Below, in pieces: positions 36,874 through 48,900 of a stretch of DNA of 64,000 nt. Location: the IMG/VR virus record IMGVR_UViG_3300025466_000015; one strand, written 5' to 3'. Both the position numbers and the translations under genes were made by a program. The notes beneath the pieces are model-generated. The model ran no database searches, was not told where the DNA came from, and saw only the letters and a program-made list of their open reading frames with translations. Origin of the DNA: a virus. The first letter of the stretch is position 1. Every line of letters starts with the position of its first letter.

Positions 36874-37729
36874 TTTAGTTGCAACACTACCTTCAGGAGT
36901 AACGAGATCAAATGTATCTGTGCCAAGAATTGCACAAGGTGTGGTCAATGGTACAATGATACAACAAATGAATAATAAATTATCTCATGCCTGTGATTTT
37001 GCCAACGAATTAAAAAAGAACAAACAACTTAAAAAGTTTTTAATTGCTCAGGCAGCCGAAATACAAAAAGCAATTCGTGCTGTATTGAGATTTTTAGGTG
37101 TTGGTGATCCTAGTGGTACCTTGTCTGCTACAGCAACCTGGTTAAGAGGTTTGGCCAATGAAATTTTAGATTGGAAGAAAAGAGTTTTAGATCCAATTTT
37201 AGATTTTACTAAGGAAGTTGCTGGATTTGTAGTATGGGCTACAGGAATGATTGCCTATATTAAAAGTTTACCAGTAAGAGTGCTTGCTTTGTTGGAATCT
37301 TGTTTATTGAAAATACTTAATGCTATAGCAAATATTATGAATGATGTTTTTGCAACAGTTGAAAATCCTTTTAGTGAAGTTGCTGCAGCTGTCAAACAAG
37401 TTACTTCAGCTGTAGGTTCAACTGTTAAAGAAATTGCTATAATTACGGCAACTACGGCTGCAACTGTACAACTGGCAAATCAAACTTTATCAACAGCAAC
37501 AACTAAAGCTCAAGGTGTTGCGTCTTCAGCAAACACTTCACTTTCTAGCAGCCTTACTACAAACACATCTTCGGTTTCTAATAACCTTGATATGATTTCA
37601 CAATTAACGCCAACTAGTGTCGCATCAGCAAATGCAGCCGTGTCAATGATTATAAGTACTATACCAAGTGCTGCTAATGTGGCATCACAAAATACTCAAA
37701 GTAATTCTAGTAAAAAGAGTACGCCATAA
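36866..37729 (+). CDS. hypothetical helical protein between the gp5 halves
   Basis: GAGGA SD; overlaps both neighbours. Confidence 0.7.
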   Translation: MSSLVATLPSGVTRSNVSVPRIAQGVVNGTMIQQMNNKLSHACDFANELKKNKQLKKFLIAQAAEIQKAIRAVLRFLGVGDPSGTLSATATWLRGLANEILDWKKRVLDPILDFTKEVAGFVVWATGMIAYIKSLPVRVLALLESCLLKILNAIANIMNDVFATVENPFSEVAAAVKQVTSAVGSTVKEIAIITATTAATVQLANQTLSTATTKAQGVASSANTSLSSSLTTNTSSVSNNLDMISQLTPTSVASANAAVSMIISTIPSAANVASQNTQSNSSKKSTP

Positions 37730-38571
37730 TGTCTACTAAACCATCATCAGACAATTCGTGGACAGAACCGGAATCAGCTGCCAATACTGACTATCAACCA
37801 GTTTATCCTTTTAATCATGCGACTGTGACAGATTCTGGTCACTCTTTTGAATTGGATGATACTCCAACCCGTGAGAGAATTCGTCTACAACATCGTTCAG
37901 GCACATTTATTGAGATGCATCCGAATGGTGATGAAGTACATAAAGTGTATGGTGATGGATATGAAATCACAATCAACAATAAAAATGTATTAATTCAAGG
38001 TCAATGTAATATTGAAATACAAGGTGATGCCAATATAAATGTAATAAAAGACCTGAATCTTAAAGTCGGCAATGATTTTAGTCTTGAGGTTGGTGGTAAT
38101 ATGTACGCCAGAGCTCATGGTAATAGAGGTATTGAATTGGTTTCTGATTCTGACATGATCTTACACGCCGATCCAATAAATGGTGGTTCTCTGAGATTAA
38201 ACACTGGTGACAATTTGTATTTGAGTGGTGATCTAAACGTTGCAGGATCAATCACAGCTGACATTATCACCGCAGAGTCTAGATTAGGTACAGGACCATT
38301 AGGTGGTGTTTCGTCTGGTGCTTTTGGATTTACATCTGCAACAGGAGGACTATCATTAGGAGTACCAGAACCAACACCGGTTGCAGTTCCTGGTTCTATT
38401 TTTACTGTAGGACCTATCAATTCAGCAGTTTCTGTATCATCTCCATTGGGTAATTTTGGTGTTATGGATGCCGTATTGATGACTGATACGATTAACACAA
38501 GTATTTTTGGTGTACATAATCACATAGCACCTTTTGGACCAACATCGCCACCATTAATTAAAATGTTTTAA
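37729..38571 (+). CDS. gp5: gp5 C-terminal beta-helix spike
   Basis: WTEP, YPFNH, SGHSFELDDTPTRERIRLQHRSGTFIEMHPNG, VxG repeats, terminal HNH..GPT.PP. Confidence 0.85.
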   Translation: MSTKPSSDNSWTEPESAANTDYQPVYPFNHATVTDSGHSFELDDTPTRERIRLQHRSGTFIEMHPNGDEVHKVYGDGYEITINNKNVLIQGQCNIEIQGDANINVIKDLNLKVGNDFSLEVGGNMYARAHGNRGIELVSDSDMILHADPINGGSLRLNTGDNLYLSGDLNVAGSITADIITAESRLGTGPLGGVSSGAFGFTSATGGLSLGVPEPTPVAVPGSIFTVGPINSAVSVSSPLGNFGVMDAVLMTDTINTSIFGVHNHIAPFGPTSPPLIKMF

Positions 38572-38582
38572 ATGAGGATATT

Positions 38583-39470
38583 ATGGCTTTAGTAAACAAC
38601 GCAACAGGAGTATACTCCACTTTAGGATTTAGTTATGATGATCCTAATAATAATATCGTAAATTTGCCCGATAGTACGTTGCAACATATGAACGTTATTC
38701 CGCCAGTCATTACGAGTTGGCAAGCTCAAGATATTGCAAGTGGAAGTGTTGGTGGTTATACTTATAATCCGGTAAGTAATTCTGTTCATTGGATGAGCGA
38801 CACAGCTAATTCAATTTTGGCATATTCACCAGTTGTCGCTACTGTTACAGGTGTTGGTCCGTTGATTAGTAATATCACGGCAAATTGTATCTACTTGTCT
38901 ATTGGAAATGATACATATTCACAAAATGCTATCACTTTCTTATATCATACTGATCGATTATCTGGTGTAAGGTCACAATCCGATGATGCTAATGCAAAAA
39001 TAAGTGGTACGAATCTACCATACTATCAAACGGCAATACAGGCCGCCAAGAGTGCCACATACATTGTTAATCAAACGGATGGTGTTGCAAACAACTCTGT
39101 GATGTTGGGTTCTTTTACTAGTATTCTATCATCCAATCAGATTAACCAATTAGCCAATTCAATATATTTCAATGCAAAAACATTCATTAGTAGTCTAACT
39201 CTTGTGCCTGTAGGTGAAGGTATGGGTTCGGATTACTACACATCAAATTTGACTTTGAGTCAGGCTTCTACAATTGCAAATAACTTTGCTAATGTGGTTG
39301 GTATTATGACCACAAGAGAAACTGCGGATGAAACCTTTTATGTGAATTTACAAAATTTAATCAATAACTACAATACGACCAAACAATTTACGAATCTAGG
39401 TGATACAGAAGGATTATTACTCAATACATATATCGGTACACCAAAGATTAAATCAAGAATTAATCAATAA
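38583..39470 (+). CDS. hypothetical virion protein
   Basis: GAGGA SD; lies in baseplate cluster. Confidence 0.7.
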   Translation: MALVNNATGVYSTLGFSYDDPNNNIVNLPDSTLQHMNVIPPVITSWQAQDIASGSVGGYTYNPVSNSVHWMSDTANSILAYSPVVATVTGVGPLISNITANCIYLSIGNDTYSQNAITFLYHTDRLSGVRSQSDDANAKISGTNLPYYQTAIQAAKSATYIVNQTDGVANNSVMLGSFTSILSSNQINQLANSIYFNAKTFISSLTLVPVGEGMGSDYYTSNLTLSQASTIANNFANVVGIMTTRETADETFYVNLQNLINNYNTTKQFTNLGDTEGLLLNTYIGTPKIKSRINQ

Positions 39471-39554
39471 CCGGAAATTTCGAAATCCTTGCCGGCCTCC
39501 GAAAAAGTCCGGACGGTATCCAAGATTCCAAAAAGCGCATTTACTCCTAGGCTC

Positions 39555-39562
39555 TATAAATA
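39555..39562 (+). promoter_or_regulatory. T4-type late promoter
   Basis: TATAAATA directly upstream of gp25. Confidence 0.8.
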
Positions 39563-39566
39563 AAGA

Positions 39567-39959
39567 ATGGCACAACTACAAAAATTATATTCAGATATAG
39601 ACCTAACATTCAACCGATTACCGGTTTCTAATGATGTGGCTCTAAGATATGATGACCAAGCGGTAATAGCTTCGGTCCGTAATCTACTTTCGACTAATTT
39701 TTATGAAAGACCATTTCAACCTAATCTAGGTTCAAATATAGACAAGTTGTTATTTGAACCAGTAAACAATTTAACTGCTGGTTTATTGTCTGATGAAATA
39801 AAAAATGTTATTCGAAATTTTGAACCAAGAGCTTCAATTGACAGTATTACCGTTTCTCCAAATACAGACGGAGTATCTTTTACAGCTAGAATACAGTTCT
39901 ATATTGGAAACAATACAACACCAACGACAGTAAACCTATTTCTCCAAAGGTCAAGGTAA
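39567..39959 (+). CDS. gp25: baseplate wedge gp25
   Basis: YSDIDL, SVRNL, ERPFQP, LFEP, FEPR. Confidence 0.93.
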   Translation: MAQLQKLYSDIDLTFNRLPVSNDVALRYDDQAVIASVRNLLSTNFYERPFQPNLGSNIDKLLFEPVNNLTAGLLSDEIKNVIRNFEPRASIDSITVSPNTDGVSFTARIQFYIGNNTTPTTVNLFLQRSR

Positions 39960-42037
39960 TGGCATCTTCAAATACAAATATAAAGGTAACAGATTTAGAT
40001 TTTAATAGTATTAAGTCTAACTTTATTACCTATCTCCAATCACAAGACCAATTCAAAGATTATAATTTTCAAGGTTCTTCTTTGTCGGTTTTGCTTGACC
40101 TTTTAGCCTATAATACACAATATAATGCCTACTATTTAAATATGGTGGCTAATGAGATGTTCTTAGACTCAGCACTTCAAAGAAGTTCTGTTGTTTCTCA
40201 AGCTAAAGTTTTGGATTATACACCTAAATCAGCAACCGCTCCTTCAGCATACATCAATTTTAATGCTTATGGAGTAACAAATCCAACATTTACTTTACCA
40301 CAATACACCAATTTTTCTTCTGAAGCGGTGAATGGTGTTAACTATAATTTTATTACAACAGACTCAACAACAGTTAATGTGGTGAATGGTGTCGCCAATT
40401 TCAACAATATCCAATTGAAACAAGGTATTAGTGCCACATACACTTATACGGTCAACAATACAAGTAATCCCAACCAATTATTTCAAATACCTGATGCGAA
40501 TATTGATACTGCAACCTTGAAGGTTACGGTACAACAATCTTCAAGTAACACATCTTTTGACATTTACAAACCGGCTGTAGATTATTTGACCTTGACACCA
40601 ACATCTAAGGTATACTTTTTACAAGAAAGTTTGAATGGCAATTATGAGATATATTTTGGCGATGGAATTTTAGGCCAACATTTGAGTGACGGTAACGTTG
40701 TTTCATTATCTTATATCTCAACAAGTGGTACTTCTGCGGCTGGTGCCAACAATTTTGTGTTGATGGATAATATTGGTTCTTTTACAACAGCAAATGTTGC
40801 TCCTATACAGGCTGCTTCACAAGGTGGTACAAAAGAATCGATTGCTTCTATTAAGTATCAAGCACCAAAATCTTATGCAGCTCAGAACCGTGCTGTGACT
40901 AAAGAAGATTACATCACATTGATACAACAAAATAGTCTAGATATACATCTTGATGCTGTTAATGTATGGGGCGGAGAAGAAAACGTTCCTCCAGTATACG
41001 GTCAAGTATTTGTTGCATTAAAGCCAACAGGTGGATATTCATTAACCGATACACAAAAACAAAGGTTAATCAATAATGTTATTAAACCAATATCGATAAT
41101 GACCGTTGAACCAACAATTGTTGATCCTGATTATACCTATGTTCAGGTTATAGCAAATGTATTGTATGATGCAAAGAGAACAACGTACACAGCTAACAAT
41201 ATTTCCAATATAGTTAAAGCAACAGTTGCCAATTTCTCATCTAAAAATTTAAACACATTCAATTCAACCTTTTCTTCTTCTGATTTGGTTAGTCAGATTC
41301 AAAACTCTGACACATCAATTCTAGCAAATGAACTTACTGTTCAGTTACAGAAGAAATTTTATCCAAATTTAAATAGTTCTACCACATATACCTTTTATTT
41401 TGGTGTTCCAATTAAAAAGGGTTCGTTCTTAAGCGGTGTTAGTAGTTCTCCAGCACTTCAATATTTGAATAATACAGGTACAGTTATTGATGGTGTCTTC
41501 ATAGAAGAAATACCAGTTGCAACAGAAGGTGTAGATACGATTTCTGTTTTGAATCCAGGTTATGGTTACCAGACACCACCAACTATTACAATCATTGGTG
41601 ATGGATCAGGCGCAACCGCAACAGCCGTATTGAATTCAACAGGTTCTATTTCAGCCGTTAATGTTACCAATTCTGGTAATAACTATACAACAGCTTACGC
41701 AACAGTAACTCGTTCTAATCAAAACGAAACAACCGGTGATTTAGGATCAGTTGTTGTTAATCTAAAAGGAAAATATGGTACTTTGGGTTTGTATTACATC
41801 GATACAACTTATGGTAAAGTATATTTGAATAATAATATTGGAACAATAGATTACGCAAATGGTATTATAACATTAAAAGATTTTAATCCTTTTGCAATAG
41901 ATGATGCTTTGGGGCAATTAACACTGACAGTTAATCCAACAACAACAATCGTTTCTTCATCACGCAATAGAATTGTTACGATTGATCCTTATGATCCGAA
42001 TGCAGTTATTGTCAACGTTAACGCTAAGACATCATGA
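39959..42037 (+). CDS. gp6: baseplate wedge gp6
   Basis: LDFNSIK, DYNFQGS, LAYNT, EMFLDSA, YFGDG, QNRAVTKEDY, VWGGE. Confidence 0.93.
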   Translation: MASSNTNIKVTDLDFNSIKSNFITYLQSQDQFKDYNFQGSSLSVLLDLLAYNTQYNAYYLNMVANEMFLDSALQRSSVVSQAKVLDYTPKSATAPSAYINFNAYGVTNPTFTLPQYTNFSSEAVNGVNYNFITTDSTTVNVVNGVANFNNIQLKQGISATYTYTVNNTSNPNQLFQIPDANIDTATLKVTVQQSSSNTSFDIYKPAVDYLTLTPTSKVYFLQESLNGNYEIYFGDGILGQHLSDGNVVSLSYISTSGTSAAGANNFVLMDNIGSFTTANVAPIQAASQGGTKESIASIKYQAPKSYAAQNRAVTKEDYITLIQQNSLDIHLDAVNVWGGEENVPPVYGQVFVALKPTGGYSLTDTQKQRLINNVIKPISIMTVEPTIVDPDYTYVQVIANVLYDAKRTTYTANNISNIVKATVANFSSKNLNTFNSTFSSSDLVSQIQNSDTSILANELTVQLQKKFYPNLNSSTTYTFYFGVPIKKGSFLSGVSSSPALQYLNNTGTVIDGVFIEEIPVATEGVDTISVLNPGYGYQTPPTITIIGDGSGATATAVLNSTGSISAVNVTNSGNNYTTAYATVTRSNQNETTGDLGSVVVNLKGKYGTLGLYYIDTTYGKVYLNNNIGTIDYANGIITLKDFNPFAIDDALGQLTLTVNPTTTIVSSSRNRIVTIDPYDPNAVIVNVNAKTS

Positions 42038-44562
42038 TATCTAACGGTCAAAAAACATCTTTATTAATTCCTTCCCAACTTCCCGCTTTTATACGGGAAA
42101 ATCCTGACTATGATAATTTTGTATCATTCGTTCAGGCTTACTATGAGTGGTTGGAAACAGAAGGCAATGTATCGGACAGAGCTCAGAATCTTTTAAATTA
42201 TAAAGATATTGATAGAACGACAAATGATTTTATTGATTATTTTATCAACGATTTCTTACAATATTTTCCACAAGACGCTTTAATCAGTAAAGCAACAGCC
42301 GTTAAATTTGCTAGACAATTATACAAGTCTAAGGGAACACCTGCATCATATCAATTTTTGTTTAGGGTCCTTTACAATTCTGATTTTGATGTATATTATA
42401 AAAAAGATTCGGTATTAAGAGCATCTGATGGTACTTGGTATGTATCAAAAAGTTTAAAACTTGCAACATCCGATGTCAATTTTTTAAATATCAATAACTA
42501 TAGGATTTTTGGTGAGACAACCAAATCAATTGCTATTGTTGAAAATTCAGTTTTGGCTGGTAATAAAACAGAAGTTTTTATATCAAATATTGAAAAGTTA
42601 TTTCAATCTGGTGAGTTTATTCGTGTTGTAAACAATAGAAACCAAGATGTTTACTTTCTAAATGGTGTAGAGGTGCCTGCTGGAACAACAGGTTCGGAAG
42701 TATTAAGAGCTAAAATTGTAGGCCAAATTAGTTCGATTAAAATTGATCCTAATAATCGTGGAAGTTATTATAATGCTGGAGATCCAGTTATTGTTTATGG
42801 TGGATTGAATACTGCAAACGGCCACGGTGCTCTTGCTGTAGTTGGAACGGTAACGACAGGTTCAATACAAACATTAGATGTATGGAAGGGAGGTTACGGA
42901 TACACAGTTTCTCCTAATTCCTCTATTATATTTACGGATGATACTTCTGACACGACAGGACACGGCGCAAATGCTATAATATCTACTGTAAATCCAGATA
43001 TTCACTATGAAGCAAACGTAACTTTTGTTCCGACAGATGATATTTTATTTCAGAATACGGCTACAATAAATTCTTCAAATTTTAGTACAGCTAATGTAGT
43101 AAATGTTAGACTTGCTGATGCCTTCACGTTTGCCAACTATCCAACTTATCCAATTTCATCAGTTTTATTAACAAATGGTGGCGGTGGTTATACAAAAGTA
43201 CCAAAAATCACAGCAATATCTGGATACTTAGATAAAACAGCAAGTACTTATATGGACCTTTCACATATTGGTATTTTAGCACCAATACAGATAACTTCTG
43301 GTGGATTAGGTTATGCCAATGGCGATACGATTGTTTTTACAAGTGGCCACGGGTATGGAGCTAAAGCTTCTGTTAATGTTAATATCAATGGAACAATCAC
43401 ACAAGTAACTTATCAACCAACAGGTAAATATCCATTAGGTGGCATGGGGTATACAAACGATTCTTTGCCTTTGGTCACGGTTAGTTCATCAAACAATGCA
43501 GCTTACGGTGCAAGTCTATATGTTCCATCTATTTTAGGAACAGGAGCTTCTTTTAATGTAACGACTACAAGTGTTGGAACTGTTACTACAATATCAATAG
43601 AAGATAATGGTGAGGATTACATTTCTACGCCTGTTGTATCTTTGAAAGTACAAGATATAGTCGTATCAAATTTACTTGTGGATAACTTTCCACAATTAGG
43701 ACAAACTGTTTATCAAGGGGCAGATTTAGGTTCTGCCACATATAAAGCAACAGTAAACAATGCCACATTATTGTTACCTAACGGCGACAATCCAACTTCC
43801 AGTTTATATAACCTAAGAGTTTTTGAATATACAAGTATTCCCGATCCCACACAGAATCTGAAAATAAGTAATACCAGTATATCAATGGTGATGGCAAACA
43901 CAGCCTACAAACCACCAGGAACACCTTCGAGAATACCATCTGTATATAATTCAACTGGTGTCAGAACTTATGGTGATGGAAAAGCAAAAGCCAATGCATC
44001 TTTCTTGAATGGTCTTGTCATAGGTGCCGGACAATATCTTGATAAACGTGGCCAACCAAGTTCTTATAGTGTGTTACAAAGTTCTGTTTATAATAATTTC
44101 ACTTATGAGATTACAGTAGAAAAAGAAATTGCTAAGTATAGAGATATTCTTTTAAATCTATTACATCCATCAGGATTGAAAATGATTGGCCGATATATAT
44201 TAAATTCTAGTAATAGTTTTTATACAAAATATAATACTGCCGATTTTGAAGAAGGTTATACGTTATCACATTATACCAAAGATGTCGAATCATATATAAC
44301 TATGAATTTGACTTCAGCCAATAGTTATAATAACGTCATCACTTTCCATACTTTGAATGGTGTAAGTATATTAAATACTGTGTATCCAAATACAATTATA
44401 TCATTTTTGGCCAATGATGGAACTTTGTTTACTTCTGAAGTAACTAGTTCAAATACACAATCAAATACGGCAACACTTAAAGATAGTGTTTGGTTAACAA
44501 CAAGTGGATTAACAGCCGTTTCATCAAATGTAACTATTTTTGGCAATAGTATTTTTGGATAA
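42034..44562 (+). CDS. gp7: baseplate wedge gp7-like
   Basis: FVxAYYEWLE, LYKSKGT, FLFRVLY, LLHPSG; between gp6 and gp8. Confidence 0.75.
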   Translation: MISNGQKTSLLIPSQLPAFIRENPDYDNFVSFVQAYYEWLETEGNVSDRAQNLLNYKDIDRTTNDFIDYFINDFLQYFPQDALISKATAVKFARQLYKSKGTPASYQFLFRVLYNSDFDVYYKKDSVLRASDGTWYVSKSLKLATSDVNFLNINNYRIFGETTKSIAIVENSVLAGNKTEVFISNIEKLFQSGEFIRVVNNRNQDVYFLNGVEVPAGTTGSEVLRAKIVGQISSIKIDPNNRGSYYNAGDPVIVYGGLNTANGHGALAVVGTVTTGSIQTLDVWKGGYGYTVSPNSSIIFTDDTSDTTGHGANAIISTVNPDIHYEANVTFVPTDDILFQNTATINSSNFSTANVVNVRLADAFTFANYPTYPISSVLLTNGGGGYTKVPKITAISGYLDKTASTYMDLSHIGILAPIQITSGGLGYANGDTIVFTSGHGYGAKASVNVNINGTITQVTYQPTGKYPLGGMGYTNDSLPLVTVSSSNNAAYGASLYVPSILGTGASFNVTTTSVGTVTTISIEDNGEDYISTPVVSLKVQDIVVSNLLVDNFPQLGQTVYQGADLGSATYKATVNNATLLLPNGDNPTSSLYNLRVFEYTSIPDPTQNLKISNTSISMVMANTAYKPPGTPSRIPSVYNSTGVRTYGDGKAKANASFLNGLVIGAGQYLDKRGQPSSYSVLQSSVYNNFTYEITVEKEIAKYRDILLNLLHPSGLKMIGRYILNSSNSFYTKYNTADFEEGYTLSHYTKDVESYITMNLTSANSYNNVITFHTLNGVSILNTVYPNTIISFLANDGTLFTSEVTSSNTQSNTATLKDSVWLTTSGLTAVSSNVTIFGNSIFG

Positions 44563-44580
44563 AAGAAATAAATAAACACC

Positions 44581-45972
44581 ATGACTTCTAAAAACATTCT
44601 CACATATAATTCTAAAGTATCATCAGTTGAACAGGTATATTTTTCACCTGTTGTTGTTGCGCCGCCATTTGTTATTCAAAATAATCAACTATTGAATCCA
44701 CCTTTATCTTCAATTTATTGTTTTTTATCAAGAGTTGATCCTTGGGGTAATGATACTAATCCAGATCAACCAACACAAACATTGAAATACATTAAACAAG
44801 TATTTAAAAATATGTTTGTTGCCAAACAAGTAACTTCTAATGATATTTCACCAGTAATTGCTAGAGTTGACTGGACATCAGGTGTGACATACGATTACTT
44901 TAGAGATGACATTGATATGTTTGCTTTGAATACTGATGGATCAAATCAGTATAATTTCTATGTTAGAAATCGTTATGACCAAATATTCAAATGCCTTTGG
45001 AATAATAATGGTCAGCCATCAACAGTAGAACCTTACTTTGAACCTGGTTCTTATGGAACAAATAACATTAAGACTGGTTCTGATGGATATAAGTGGAAAT
45101 ACATATACACGATTGATTCCGGATTGAAACAAAACTTTATGAATGCTCAATGGATTCCGATTGCAATTGGAGCCAATACACCTAATCCATTGATATCATC
45201 TGCTGGTGCTGGAAGTATCGATGTTATTAATGTGACTAATGGTGGTTCTGGTTATGATCCTGCTAATGCTGTCATCACAATTACTGTTACTGGAGACGGT
45301 ACAGGAGTCGGTACTACGCCTACAGCGGTCATCAATTCTGGGGTAATTACCGATATATTAGTACCAAATCCAGGAACAAATTATACATATGCAAATGTAT
45401 CAATCACTTCAACAATAGGTTCAGGCGCAACAGCCATTGCTCCAACGTCTCCAATTGGTGGCCATGGCTTTGATCCAGTATCAGAATTAGGTTGTTCTCA
45501 TGTTATGTTCTCGGTTGAGTTTAATGGTTCTGAGAATGGTTATATACCTACTAATATTACCTATTACCAATTAGGTATTGTAATTAATCCAACTTCATCT
45601 CAAGATAATCCTAATCCAGCAACAGATTTGATTTATAGAACATCAACGACTTTAACGGTTGCTCCTGGTTTTGGTGAATTCATCAACGATGAGATGGTAT
45701 ATCAGGGTGATCCAAATAATCCAACATTTGTGGGTACAGTATTGAGCTTTGATCCGGCATCCAATATAATTTATGTAATAAATACTGTAGGAACTCCAAC
45801 AGATAATTCATCCATCTACGGAAAAACATCAATAACAGCAAGAACATTGTTGCAATATGGTCCTCCAAAATTCACTATCTTGTCTGGTTATCTTTCATAT
45901 ATAGAAAATAGAAGTGGCATTGAAAGAAGTGCTGACGGTATAGAACAATTCAAATTTGTATTAGGTTACTAA
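44581..45972 (+). CDS. gp8: baseplate wedge gp8
   Basis: RVDWTSG, FYV, FKCLWN, DGYKWKYIY, PIGGHG, YIENR. Confidence 0.85.
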   Translation: MTSKNILTYNSKVSSVEQVYFSPVVVAPPFVIQNNQLLNPPLSSIYCFLSRVDPWGNDTNPDQPTQTLKYIKQVFKNMFVAKQVTSNDISPVIARVDWTSGVTYDYFRDDIDMFALNTDGSNQYNFYVRNRYDQIFKCLWNNNGQPSTVEPYFEPGSYGTNNIKTGSDGYKWKYIYTIDSGLKQNFMNAQWIPIAIGANTPNPLISSAGAGSIDVINVTNGGSGYDPANAVITITVTGDGTGVGTTPTAVINSGVITDILVPNPGTNYTYANVSITSTIGSGATAIAPTSPIGGHGFDPVSELGCSHVMFSVEFNGSENGYIPTNITYYQLGIVINPTSSQDNPNPATDLIYRTSTTLTVAPGFGEFINDEMVYQGDPNNPTFVGTVLSFDPASNIIYVINTVGTPTDNSSIYGKTSITARTLLQYGPPKFTILSGYLSYIENRSGIERSADGIEQFKFVLGY

Positions 45973-45982
45973 AAGGAAAAAA

Positions 45983-48900
45983 ATGGCTTTAGATTTTACA
46001 GGTGATCCTTATTATGATGATTTTGATCCAACAAAGAATTTTCACCGCATTCTTTTTAAACCTGGATATGCTGTTCAGGCTCGTGAGTTAACTCAGTCAC
46101 AAACTATTCTTCAAGATCAGATTTCCAAATTTGGCACTGGTGTTTTTCAAGATGGTTCAAAAGTTTCTGGTGGTAATATTACCGTTGACACAAATGTCAT
46201 CACCTGTAAATTATCAACTGATGCAACAACAGTAATTTCTAATTTGGTTGGTCTATTTGCTGTTGGTCAAACATCCAACTTCATTGCACAAGTTAATAGT
46301 GTAGATGTTCCAAATCTTTACATCTCAACAAAACCTGTTAATACAGCCAATAAAATATCTTTTTCTTCTGGTGAGACAATCAATTTTTATAATACAAAAA
46401 TAGAGGCTCTTGCGTCTTTAAATTCTACTGTGACTGCAGCGTACACAGTAACGGCAAAATCTACAAATATCATCACCAGAAATTCTACTGGTACTTATTT
46501 AAGTCCAACATTAAATATTTCCACTGGTAATATTAACGTGGGAGATACCATCACTATCACCAGTATTAATTTTTCAGCTACTGTTATAGATATTATAGAT
46601 GCTAATAGTCTAACACTAAACAATCCTTTAATCAAAGATGTTTCAAGTGCTACAACACAAATCACAAATCAAATTTCTGTAAGAGCTTTAGAAGTAAATA
46701 TTGACGATGGTGTTTGGTTTACAAATGGTTTTTTTGTTGCAAACTATAAAAGTTCAATTGTTCCAAATTCACTAACAATTTATCCTTCATCAGTAGTTGG
46801 TTTTGAAGTGGATGAGTTTACAGTAGATGCTGCAAGTGATGCTTCTTTATTGGATCCAGCTATTGGAGCTTCAAACTATCAAGCACCAGGTGCAGACAGA
46901 TATAAAATATCTTTAAATTTGGTAGTAAAACCTTATGTAAACGATCAAACAGTAACTAATCTAACAACCAATAAATTCATTGAATTGGTTAGAATTAATG
47001 CTGGTACTGTTGAAGATATCAATAGTGTTCCTATCCTATCAGATGTTTCCGCAGCAATTGCTACGGCTGTTTCAGATATTTCTGGTGATTTTATTGTTAA
47101 TCCTTTTAGTTTATTAATCGGTTCAACATCAAATGCACAATCAGAATTGATTAGTTCATCTATTAGTGCTGGTAAGGCATATCTTGGTGGATATCCAATA
47201 CAACATATATCACAAACACCATACTATCTACAAAAAGCAAGAAGTACTAATGTATTATTCGATCAAGATATTGAAACCTATTATGGTGATTATACAAGAG
47301 TTAAAAACTTAAACGGTTCAATTATTGATTTTCAAACAAGTCCAGTTGTGGAGTTACACAATGTGGCATTTGGTGCTGCGAGTACATCAACTAAAATTGG
47401 TACTGCTCGTGTTCGTAATTTTTCTTATGATTCCGGAAATTTAAGCACAACAGAATATAAAGCATTTTTGTTTGATATTAATTTAACAAATAATGTTTTT
47501 GCAAACGTAGCTTCTATTATTCTTCCTAACGGTTCTAATTATTCTACACCATTGTTTTCAGCCAATACAGTATCGCCTGTAACGTTGGTTGATAATACAT
47601 ATAATTCATTAATTTTTCCATTACCACAAACAAATATATCTAATGTTTCTTCGGTTAATTATGTTACAACAAGAAAATATTCTTCACAAACATTTGCTTC
47701 AGGTATAGGTGTTGTTACTGCTTCAACAGGCAATGAAATATTTCAAGGTGGTTCTGGAACTATATCTTCTTCCGTAGCACAACAAAACTTTATTGTTGTA
47801 ACTAAATCTGCTTCTGGTGGTTATCCAGCTGGTCACTTTGTACCAATGGATCAATCAAATGTGTCTGTTACTATCACCAATTCTCCTGGTACTCCACAAG
47901 CATCAATCAATATTGCTGGTAATTTTACCGGCACAGCAGATGTTTATGCTGTAATTTCTGTAACTAATGATACACAGCAAACAAAACTTTTACATACAAA
48001 CTATGCTGTACAAGTTTCTGCCAACACAACACTCACAGCCATCGATTTGGGTAAATCAGACATTTACAATTTCAGAGGTGTGTATGAGTTGGGCAATACA
48101 CATAATTATCTAGGTGCTTGGTCAAATACAACAAGTTATTCGACCAACGATTCCGTTATCTATGATGATGGTGTTGTTTACATTTCTTTGGCCAATTCCA
48201 ATTCAAATCACCAACCAAATACCGCAACTTCAAGTTGGAGTTCCGTAACAAATAATTTAATAAACTACACAGCAGATAATGGTCAGAAAGATGCTTATTA
48301 CGACCACGGAACTATCACTAATGTAAGTGGTGTATCTAAAGGTAATGTTGTAGCCGTATTTGATTACTTTACACACTCTGGCGGATCTGGTTATTTTAGT
48401 GTCAATTCTTATCCAGTCAATTATATCAACATACCATCATTTACTTCTCCACAATATGGTACAACATATTCGTTGAGGGATGTTTTGGATTTTAGGCCTC
48501 GTAGGACAGATAACAATACAACTTTTGATTCATATCAATTGCCAGCACCATTTAATAACGCATTTGTTAATTATGGTTACTATCTAAACCGTATTGATAA
48601 GATTGTATTGTATCCAAATGGTCAATTCAAAACTATTACTGGTACTCCAGCTTATACAAATCCTGTTGCACCATCTGATGTACCTGGTACCCTGACAATC
48701 TTTACAATTTATTTCCCAGCTTATACATATACAAAAGATTCTATTCAAGTGACGCCAACCAACCTCCGTAGATATACAATGAGAGATGTTGGTTTGTTAG
48801 ACAAACGTATCTCCACCTTAGAATCATATACTTCATTGTCTATTTTAGAAAATCAAGTAACAGGTTCCGATGTTACTGACTCCACAGGTTTGAATCTATT

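Noticed and set aside
36559-37729. Stop-codon recoding explaining the split gp5
   Set aside because: Pieces are in different frames with SD/overlap coupling, and other genes translate normally in the standard code
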